Below are positions 30,001-40,055 of a DNA stretch of 64,000 bases, piece by piece. Source of the DNA: Nemertoderma westbladi (Eukaryota; Animalia; Xenacoelomorpha); NCBI GenBank assembly GCA_032718475.1, contig JAUCBJ010000367.1, positions 27,922-91,921 of the forward strand, read 5' to 3'. A program made the translations under genes and the position numbers. Position 1 is the stretch's first letter. Each line of letters begins with the position of its first letter. The notes beneath the pieces were generated by a model. The model was not told where the DNA came from and made no database searches. It was given only the letters and a program-made list of their open reading frames with translations.

Positions 30001-33000
30001 GAGATACACTCGGGAGACGGGAGGTAGATATTCAACTAGAGATACACTCGGGAGACGGGAGATGGTAGGTAGATATTCAACTAGAGATACACTCGGGAGA
30101 TGGGAGGTAGATATTCAACTAGAGATACACTCGGGAATCGGGAGGTAGATATTCAACTAGAGATACACTCGGGAGACGGGAGATGGGAGGTAGATATTCA
30201 ACTAGAGATACACTCGGGAGATGGGAGGTAGATATTCAACTAGAGATACACTCGGGAATCGGGAGGTAGATATTCAACTAGAGATACACTCGGGAATCGG
30301 GAGATGGGAGGTAGATATTCAACTAGAGATACACTCGGGAATCGGGAGATGGGAGGTAGATATTCAACTAGAGATACACTCGGGAGACGGGAGGTAGATA
30401 TTCAACTAGAGATACACTCGGGAGACGGGAGATGGGAGGTAGATATTCAACTAGAGATACACTCGGGAGATGGGAGGTAGATATTCAACTAGAGATACAC
30501 TCGGGAATCGGGAGGTAGATATTCAACTAGAGATACACTCGGGAATCGGGAGATGGGAGGTAGATATTCAACTAGAGATACACTCGGGAATCGGGAGATG
30601 GGAGGTAGATATTCAACTAGAGATACACTCGGGAATCGGGAGATGGGAGGTAGATATTCAACTAGAGATACACTCGGGAATCGGGAGATGGGAGGTAGAT
30701 ATTCAACTAGCGATACACTCGGGAGACGGGAGATGGGAGGTAGATATTCAACTAGAGATACACTCGGGAATCGGGAGATGGGAGGTAGATATTCAACTAG
30801 AGATACACTCGGGAGACGGGAGATGGGAGGTAGATATTCAACTAGAGATACACTCGGGAATCGGGAGATGGGAGGTAGATATTCAACTAGAGATACACTC
30901 GGGAATCAGGATATGGGAGGTAGATATTCAACTAGAGATACACTCGGGAATCAGGAGACGGGTTGTGGTAGATATTCAACTAGCGATACACTCGGGAGAC
31001 GGGAGATGGGAGGTAGATATTCAACTAGAGATACACTCGGGAATCGGGAGGTAGATATTCAACTAGAGATACACTCGGGAATCGGGAGATGGGAGGTAGA
31101 TATTCAACTAGAGATACACTCGGGAATCGGGAGACGGGAGGTAGATATTCAACTAGCGATACACTCGGGAGACGGGAGATGGGAGGTAGATATTCAACTA
31201 GAGATACAGTCGGGAGACGGGAGGTAGATATTCAACTAGAGATACACTCGGGAATCGGGAGATGGGAGGTAGATATTCAACTAGCGATACACTCGGGAAT
31301 CGGGAGATGGGAGGTAGATATTCAACTAGAGATACACTCGGGAATCGGGAGGTAGATATTCAACTAGAGATACACTCGGGAATCGGGAGGTAGATATTCA
31401 ACTAGAGATACACTCGGGAATCAGGAGACGGGAGGTAGATATTCAACTAGAGATACACTCGGGAATCAGGAGACGGGAGGTAGATATTCAACTAGAGATA
31501 CACTCGGGAATCAGAAGACGGGAGGTAGATATTCAACTAGAGATACACTCGGGAATCAGGAGATGGGAGGTAGATATTCAACTAGAGATACACTCGGGAA
31601 TCAGAAGACTGGAGGTAGATATTCAACTAGAGATACACTCGGGAATCAGGAGACGGGAGGTAGATATTCAACTAGAGATACACTCGGGAATCGGGAGATG
31701 GGAGGTAGATATTCAACTAGAGATACACTCGGGAGACGGGAGGTAGATATTCAACTAGCGATACACTCGGGAATCGGGAGATGGGAGGTAGATATTCAAC
31801 TAGAGATACACTCGGGAATCGGGAGATGGGAGGTAGATATTCAACTAGAGATACACTCGGGAATCGGGAGGTAGATATTCAACTAGAGATACACTCGGGA
31901 ATCGGGAGGTAGATATTCAACTAGAGATACACTCGGGAATCAGGAGACGGGAGGTAGATATTCAACTAGAGATACACTCGGGAATCAGGAGACGGGAGGT
32001 AGATATTCAACTAGAGATACACTCGGGAATCAGAAGACGGGAGGTAGATATTCAACTAGAGATACACTCGAGAATCAGGAGATGGGAGGTAGATATTCAA
32101 CTAGAGATACACTCGGGAATCAGAAGACGGGAGGTAGATATTCAACTAGAGATACACTCGGGAATCAGGAGACGGGAGGTAGATATTCAACTAGAGATAC
32201 ACTCGGGAATCGGGAGATGGGAGGTAGATATTCAACTAGAGATACACTCGGGAGACGGGAGGTAGATATTCAACTAGAGATACACTCGGGAATCGGGAGA
32301 TGGGAGGTAGATATTCAACTAGAGATACACTCGGGAATCGGGAGACGGGAGGTAGATATTCAACTAGAGATACACTCGGGAGATGGGAGGTAGATATTCA
32401 ACTAGAGATACACTCGGAAATCGGGAGACGGGAGGTAGATATTCAACTAGAGATACACTCGGGAATCGGGAGATGGGAGGTAGATATTCAACTAGAGATA
32501 CACTCGGGAGACGGGAGGTAGATATTCAACTAGCGATACACTCGGGAATCGGGAGATGGGAGGTAGATATTCAACTAGAGATACACTCGGGAATCAGAAG
32601 ACGGGAGGTAGATATTCAACTAGAGATACACTCGGGAGACGGGAGGTAGATATTCAACTAGAGATACACTCGGGAATCGGGAGACGGGAGGTAGATATTC
32701 AACTAGAGATACACTCGGGAATCGGGAGATGGGAGGTGGATATTCAACTAGAGATACACACGGGAATCGGGAGATGGGAGGTAGATATTCAACTAGCGAT
32801 ACACTCGGGAATCGGGAGATGGGAGGTAGATATTCAACTAGAGATACACTCGGGAGACGGGAGGTAGATATTCAACTAGCGATACACTCGGGAATCGGGA
32901 GATGGGAGGTAGATATTCAACTAGAGATACACTCGGGAATCAGAAGACGGGAGGTAGATATTCAACTAGAGATACACTCGGGAGACGGGAGGTAGATATT

Positions 33001-33159
33001 CAACTAGAGATACACTCGGAATCGGGAGACGGGAGGTAGATATTCAACTAGAGATACACTCGGGAATCGGGAGATGGGAGGTGGATATTCAACTAGAGAT
33101 ACACACGGGAATCGGGAGATGGGAGGTAGATATTCAACTAGAGATACACTCGGGAATCA
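1..33159. repeat. Satellite DNA array, 38/45-bp units (31-bp core GGGAGGTAGATATTCAACTAGAGATACACTC + one or two 7-bp modules); runs off the left edge of the window
   Basis: The core is directly visible repeating throughout. The 7-mers are GGGAATC, GGGAGAT, GGGAGAC, GGGAATT, GGGAGAA, AGAAGAC and AGGAGAC. The last unit ends ...ACACTCGGGAATCA at ~33159. Confidence 0.99.
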
Positions 33160-33199
33160 CATTAGTACGATTTCGACTCGACGAAATCTACTAACTTTC

Positions 33200-33765
33200 C
33201 ACCGCAGTTATTTTTCAACCATATGGTGATTTGTTGGTACTGTCGGAAAGCAGGCTATGCTAGGATTCCAAAAATGTAAAAACATTTGATTTTGGTTGGG
33301 AATAGCTGAGATAATGAGCGTTCAAAAATTACATGGTTTGATTGCGCGAGGGTATTTTATTCTATTTAAATAAATACACCATATTCTGGAACATTTTGAT
33401 GATGGATGAAAAGCTACGTAATAGTATGATTAAAGAGCTATTGCATTGTTGTCCAGCTACGTAATGGATAAACAAAAGGTGACGGTTCCATATAGTAATG
33501 TAATGTAATTGTTAGTACCTATTGTAACAAAGATGTATTGCATTGTTGCCAGTTACGTATTGGATAAACAAAATGTTCCAGAATATGAAGCATTTATTAA
33601 ATAGAATAAAATAGCCTAGCGCAGATATAAAACCATGCAACTTTTGAAATCTCATATCTCAGCTATTTTTCAACGAAATTCAGATTTACATATTTGGAAT
33701 ATCATCACAGCCAGCTTTCAAACAGGAACCAACAAACAGCAATAAGATAGACGAATAATTGTGAT
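33200..33765. mobile_element. Diverged foldback/MITE-like element with ~200-bp imperfect inverted arms
   Basis: Arm pairs read directly: AATAGCTGAGATA/TATCTCAGCTATT, TATTTTATTCTATTTAA/TTAAATAGAATAAAATA, CATATTCTGGAACATTTTG/CAAAATGTTCCAGAATATG. The exact termini are not resolved. Confidence 0.65.
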
Positions 33766-33987
33766 GGGACTGGTGCTATATCGCTGGAGACACATTTTCA
33801 AACTGGTTCACCCAGTAAGTGGTCGCGAAGTGAAACTATCTCTGTTACAAATTTCAGGCAATCTCATTAAAATTGTCATTGTCAGAAAAAGTGTCATTGT
33901 ATTACGATACTATATTTCGGGTATGGGTAAGGACCATTCCACGAACACGTCGTCAAAATGGCGATGTTCTGAAAGTCTTAATTTGAG

Positions 33988-33990
<3 letters not shown>

Positions 33991-34019
<29 letters not shown>

Positions 34020-34260
34020 GGGGGACTGGACGCAAAACCCGCCTTGGCGAATTAATATCCCGCTCCAATGTTAAAGTCTCAATTTATGGAAAGGAGCAGG
34101 TTACAGTGGATCGATATTTTAACCAAAACAATATACTAAACACAATAAAACAGGTTACAATTTTATTTTTGCTCGTAAACAGCTGTTATTTGTGTCCAAT
34201 TTCCCCTGGAGAGGAAGGAATTTGTATTGCGTCCAGTCCCCCCCCCCCCCCCCCCCCCCC
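33991..34260. mobile_element. Small inverted-repeat (MITE-like) unit bounded by poly-G and poly-C
   Basis: poly-G-GGGGACTGGACGCAA at the left end is the reverse complement of TTGCGTCCAGTCCCC-poly-C at the right end. Confidence 0.55.
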
Positions 34261-35122
34261 TTATCTGCTTAATTGATAACATTGTTTCTATTATGTTTCA
34301 TAATAGGGTTGGTGCGCGAAAAAATTGTTGGGCTAGAAACAATTGAATAAGGGGTAGCAAGGTGCCCTGAGTCGAGAGGCGGGTTGGTGTGTTTTTTTTT
34401 GTAAAAACACAAGGAAACGGTCGAAATGGCGGGTTTAAATACGAGCGGGAAGCCAATTTTGAAAACCGGCTGTGATTGGCTGCTACTAGTGCTTTTATTT
34501 TGGTTTCTATGGATAGAGATTTTCGATCGATTCAAATGCATATTAAATTTCAATCATTTTGCACGTGGCTTAGATCAATTGAAAGCGGGGAATCTTGCGC
34601 GTCTTTTGACACTAAAAATGAAATAAATTCACAAAGAGGAAGATTGTTAAAATGCTGTTCACAATTGCAAACTCGACAGTTTTCCTGCCGGGTAGGCAGC
34701 ACTTCCTTGCCTACCGGTCAGCGCTTGACTCAGCCCTATAAGCCTATTGCAGTATCTGAGTATTGCAGCTTTACTTCATTAAGTTGGGTTTACCAGCGAC
34801 ATTTTTTAATATTCAAGTGTAGCCTACAGCCACTTATTAGAGAAGTGTCTGTAACGTCCAACCATATAGAGAAGCACACAGAGCGTAACACACAGGGAGA
34901 AGTGCGACGCTGATTGGCTGAAACTTTACGGTGCTGTCAGGAAATTAGTACACGTTTATTTCGCGATACAATTCAGAATTAATTTTAGGCCTATTACGAT
35001 TATATCCTTATTTGGCTGTGTTATTTTTAAAAACCTCTTTGTGAGAAATAAGGGACATCCAACTTGGATTCGTCTAATATATAAATGTTGTAGGGCCATA
35101 TCATTTTATTTGACTGTTTGAT

Positions 35123-35146
35123 ACTAGAAAGCCAGCAAGCTGGCTA
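35123..35146 (-). mobile_element. Helitron-like 3' terminus (hairpin + CTAG)
   Basis: The minus strand reads AGCCAGC-TT-GCTGGCT-TT-CTAG|T. The identical motif recurs at ~61307. A hairpin followed by CTRR is the established Helitron 3' end. Confidence 0.5.
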
Positions 35147-35714
35147 TAAGAAGACCGTCTATAAGACAACAAAACCGAAAATCTAAAAGATAATCTAATC
35201 CCCAATCAAACATCAATCGCAATAAATATGTAAACCTCTTCCACCTTCCATGCAGCCTTGGATAAAGCAGAATTAATGCCATGACCAGTTCGGAGTTCTC
35301 AATAGACAACCCACCCCAACCAATGGATTTACTGAGACACACCGGCCAGCTTGCTACCTGTCTTCCCAGCTAGCCAGAGTTAAATAATTATACAACGTTG
35401 CTATGATACAGAGAAAATCCTTCCCTATTCGCTACCAGAGCTGGGGGAAGATCTTCTTTGTGCTGGGGGTAAGAGCGCGTAAGAAAAGGGGGAAGAGGGG
35501 GAAAGAAAACGGGTATGGATCTATAAATAGCATCCAATGGGACGCCTCTATTTTACTACCGTTCTATACGGTAAACATACAGCTGTCTACCTTATTGAGA
35601 AGTGGTAATACTACTTAATAGTTGCTAAACTTACCCCCACCCCCCACCCACCTATCATTACACACCTACTGTACTTAACCATACATACCCATTCCTACAT
35701 ACCTACTTACACAT

Positions 35715-37530
35715 TCCCTCCCACCCACCTAAGCACGTCGACTTAACTGCACCCACCCACCCACCTAAGCACACCTACTTAACCGCACCCACCTACCCAC
35801 CTAAGCACGTATACTTACCCGCACCCACCCACCTACCTAAGCACAACTACTTAACTGCACCCACCCACCCTCCTAAGCACGTTTACTTAACCGCACCCAC
35901 CCACCAACCTAAGCACGTCTAGTTAACCACACCCACCCACCCTCCGACCTAAGCACATCGACTTAACCGCACCCACCCACCTAAGCACTAAGCACACCTA
36001 CTTAACCGTACCCACCTACCCACCTAAGCACACCTACTTAACCGCACCCACCCACCCTCCTAAGCACGTCTACTTAACCGCACCCATCCATCTACAAAGC
36101 ACGACTACTTAACCACACCCACCCACACACCTAAGCACGTCTACTTACCCGCACCCACCCACCCACCTAAACACGTCTACTTAACCGCACCCACCCACCC
36201 ACCTAAGCACGTGTACTTAACCGCACCCACCCACCCACCTATGCACGTATACTTACCCACACCCACCCACCTACCTAAGCACACCTAGTTAACCGCGCCC
36301 ACCTAAGCACATCGACTTAACCACACCCACCCACACACCTAAGCACGTATACTTACCCGCACCCACCCACCTACCTAGTTAATCGCACCCACCTAAGCAT
36401 ATCGACTTAACCGCACCCACCCACCCACCCACCTAAGCACGTGTACTTAACCACATCCACCCACCCACCTAAGCACGAATACTTACCCCAACCCACCCAC
36501 CTACCTAAGCACACATAGTTAACCGCACCCACCTAAGCACGTCTACTTAACCACACCCACCCAACCACCTAAGCACGTATACTTACCCGCAACCACCCAC
36601 CTACCTAAGCACACCTAGTTAACCGCACCCACCTAAGCACATCGACTTAACCGCACCCACCCACCCACCTAAGCACGTGTACTTAACCGCACCCACCCAC
36701 CCACCTAAGCACGTGTACTTAACCACACACACCCACCAACCCACCTAAGCACATCGACTTAACGGCACCCACCCACCCACCTAAGCACACCTACTTAACC
36801 GCACGTGTACTTAACCGCAAACACCCACCCACCCACCTAAGCACATCGACTTAACCGCACCCACCCACCCACCTAAGCACACCTACTTAACCGCACCCAC
36901 CCACCCTCCTAAGCACGTCTACTTAACCGCACCCACCCACCCACCTAAGCACACCTACTTAACCGCACCCACCCACCTACATAAGAACGTCTACTTAACC
37001 GCACCCACCCACCCACCTAAGCACACCTACTTAACCGCACCCACCCACCCTCCTAAGCACGTCTACTTAACTGCACCAACCCTCCCTCCTAAGCACGTCT
37101 ACTTAACCGCACCCACCCACCCACCTAAGCACGTGTACTTAACCGGACCCACCCACCCACCTAAGCACGTGTACTTAACCACACCAACCCACCCACCCAC
37201 CTAAGCACATCGACTTAACGGCACCCACCCACCCACCTAAGCACACCTACTTAACCGCACGTGTACTTAACCGCAAACACCCACCCACCCACCTAAGGAC
37301 ATCGACTTAACCGCAAAGCACACCTACTTAACCGCACCCACCCACCCACCTAAGCAATTCTACTTAACCGCACGTGTACTTAACCACACCCACCCACACA
37401 CCAAGGCACGTCGACTTACCCGCACCCTCCCACCAACCTAAGCACGTCTACTTAACCGCACCCACACACCAAACTAAGCTAGCACGTCTACTGAACCGCA
37501 CCCAACCTCCCCTAACCCTACACACCTAAT
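35715..37530. repeat. C/A-rich minisatellite, ~35-bp unit ACTTAACCGCACCCACCCACCCACCTAAGCAC(GTGT/ACCT/ATCG)
   Basis: Tandem units are directly visible, with a variable number of internal ACCC subrepeats. Degenerate fringes extend to ~35630 and ~37620. Confidence 0.95.
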
Positions 37531-38454
37531 TACCCGCACTCACCTACCCCTACCCACCCTCCCTCCCTCCCACACCCTATTTACCCGCACCGACCGCCCG
37601 AATCTAACAAACACACCCACCCCTACTTTATCTACCTTATTCAGACTCCACGGCAAACATTCTCGGAGCAATCATGCCGTACCAGAAATTGGCAAAAACG
37701 GAATGCAGGGACAGTTTTCGCCAAAACCTTTTTTACAAGAACCATTTTTTGATAATCGTTTCCTATAAAATAATGCTAAGTATTTACATCCTAGAAGGGA
37801 CCTAGACATCCTTTACATCCTAGACACGGCGAATCGACCTGTGCTATTTTTATACACCAAGAGCTTAATTTTCCCCGCTTAAATAATTAATAACCGAAAT
37901 AATAACCCAAATAATCGATACATTTATTTGACAGCAAGAAGCCCTGACGGTCTTCTAATAAAAATACCATTGTTCTATTTGTATATCCCCTTGAGTTTTA
38001 ATAATCCTAACAATAGTTCCTGACAGAGCCCCCTCTGTAACCTCTGTAACCCTTGGTAACCTTACAGTACCCGAAATCATCCTAACATGATTAACAGCAT
38101 TAATTGATTGAAAATGAAAAGGCCATATGTCACCACCACCAGCGGCACCAAATGCATCGTTGGTTACATAAATGCACAAAACTTTAAAATATTTGATGCA
38201 CTTGGTCTTATATTCTTAAATTATTAAGAAGTTTTTTTTATAGAGACTACTGTATCTGTAATCAATATTTTGGCAATAGGCAAACTCTTAAATTCCACTA
38301 TTAGCTAGCTACAGTATAGTTACAGTACATAAGTATGTGTATAGGCGCTGTCGGTGTCCTAGGCAAAACTACCACCCACCCGCGCGGAATGCCCCCCCCC
38401 CCCCCCCCCCCCTCCCCCATAGACATAAGAACTGTATAATAATACTGTAGTAGG

Positions 38455-40055
38455 TCTAGCTATTATGGTATCACTGGTGATCTTTTAGCTTGGCTAACGG
38501 CTTTTTTATCGAACAGAACCCAACGAGTACTTGTTGGTAATTATTTTTCAGATGTGTGCTCAGTCCTTTCTGGGACTATCCAGGGGAGCGTGTTAGGACC
38601 TATAATATTTGTACTTTTTATCAATAATTTACCGGAGGTGCTAGGAACTTGCAAAAGTAAACTCTTTGCCGACGGTGAGTGGCAATTAACGGTTGCTGCC
38701 CATAAATGTACAGTAATATATATTGGTGCAAATAATAGTAAAACTAGTTATTTTTTAAATGGTAATTTACTTTTATCTGAAACTAATTGCAGAGACCTTG
38801 GGATTACCGTTTGTTCGGATCTCAAGTTCGATAAATATTGCCGAGAACAAGCCGTGAAATCTTTTAAAATAATTAATATGATTTTTCGTTGTTTTTATAC
38901 ATCCAACCAGAAAGCTCTGTTAACTGCATACAAATCGTATGTCAGACCTTTTGCTGGAATATTGTACGCCGATCTGATCTCCGTTCCAGAAAGGTAGCAT
39001 TGACCTCATTGAACGGGTGCAAAGGTACTTCACAAGAAGACTTTTTGCCCGATGTCATCTAGGTAATCACAATACTAGTTACTTGCAACGTTCAGAGTAC
39101 CTCAAGCTGCAACCTCTAGAAGTCCGACGATTAATCTTTGATCTGAAGATGGTATATTCAATTGAAAGACAGTTGATCGATCTTGATTTTGACTGTTTCT
39201 TTAAAATTGCTCCACGCTCTGGACTTATTATTATTATTATTAGTTTAATTCGGACAAGCCGACAATAAAATGTAAAATACTCATTAAAACACACAATAAA
39301 ACTTGCTAGACAGACGAGTAACCATATAAAAAATCAACACAACGTCGATACCAGAAATATAAGAGTGAATAAATGCAGAGTTATTGGATAGTAGCATCGT
39401 AATAGAGTGAACAGTAGCGTTTGCTTATGTCTGTAGTTCAATCCGGATCAGGTAAAAAAAAAAAAGGTGGGTACACTTTGCATCTTATGGTTGAAGGAAC
39501 TAGGCGATCCCAAAAAAATCCGTAATTCTCTGCCGCTTGTGAGCAAAAGGGATTGCGGTAGTACTAAAGCATCCTCTGACGAATTCAGCGTTCACTGTAT
39601 CCCTGGCGATTGCGCCGTTCTTACTTAGAGGTCACAGCCATAAACTGTTTACAAACTACTCTAGACTTCAAATAACAAAGTATTCTTTTTCAAACCGTGT
39701 GGTGCCCATATGGAATTCATTACCTGTAAATATTGTTGAGGCCCGTACCTTAGCAACTTTTACAAATAAACTACGTGAATTTGACCTATTAAAATTGTGC
39801 AACTTTAACAGATTTATGTAATTTTTTTAGGTACGTTTTTATTTAAATTATTTATTTACTCTTATTTTTACTTCAATATACATTTTAATTTGGAAAACCT
39901 TATTTATGTGTTGAACGCCCCGCGTACAATATTTTCGAGCCTCCTGTAAGTGCTGTTTGTAGCCTAGTTGGTCTTCTCCCTCATACTACTTGTAATTTTT
40001 AATTTGTGCATATTGTGCAATTTTAACCATTGGCTGAGCGAAATAATAATAATAA
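38455..40055 (+). mobile_element. 5'-truncated, decayed CR1-type non-LTR retrotransposon (3' half of RT, C-terminal domain, 3' UTR, (AAT)n tail)
   Basis: Translations include YGITGDLLAWLTAFLSNRTQRV, SGTIQGSVLGPIIFVLFINNL, LFAD (internal deletion follows), RDLGI, AYKSYVRP, ERVQRYFTRR and RGHSHKL...FSNRVVPIWNSLP. The stop is at ~39821 and the (AAT)n tail at 40042-40055. These are canonical CR1 ORF2 motifs, here with frameshifts. Confidence 0.9.
39228..39622 (-). mobile_element. ~395-bp antisense retro-insertion (SINE or LINE 3' fragment) inside the CR1 copy
   Basis: It is flanked by a direct repeat, ACTTA (39223-39227 and 39623-39627), and has a (TAA)n tail on the minus strand at the left end. 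Removing it restores the CR1 frame GGA CTT AGA GGT CAC (G-L-R-G-H). Confidence 0.8.

Noticed and set aside
1-33159. Over a hundred ORFs (GGRYSTRDTLGNREM / EVDIQLEIHSGIGRW repeats, up to 823 aa)
   Set aside because: The 45-bp unit is a multiple of 3 and happens to lack stops in two frames. The frames switch at every 38-bp unit, and there is no unique N- or C-terminus.
1-33159. CRISPR-like appearance (31-bp constant repeat + variable spacer)
   Set aside because: The spacers are only 7 or 14 bp and reuse a handful of related 7-mers. There are no cas genes and the context is eukaryotic.
33761-34276. 171-aa ORF with poly-Gly and poly-Pro; similarly ORF 40534-40893
   Set aside because: These are translations of poly-G/poly-C runs in repeat DNA with no other coding signal.
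37508-37522. CCCTAACCCTA and CCTAA motifs as telomeric repeats
   Set aside because: There are only two hexamer copies, and CCTAA is an isolated part of the minisatellite unit. This is not a telomeric array.
39576-39620. CTGACGA as a hammerhead core
   Set aside because: There is no downstream stem II-GAAA.
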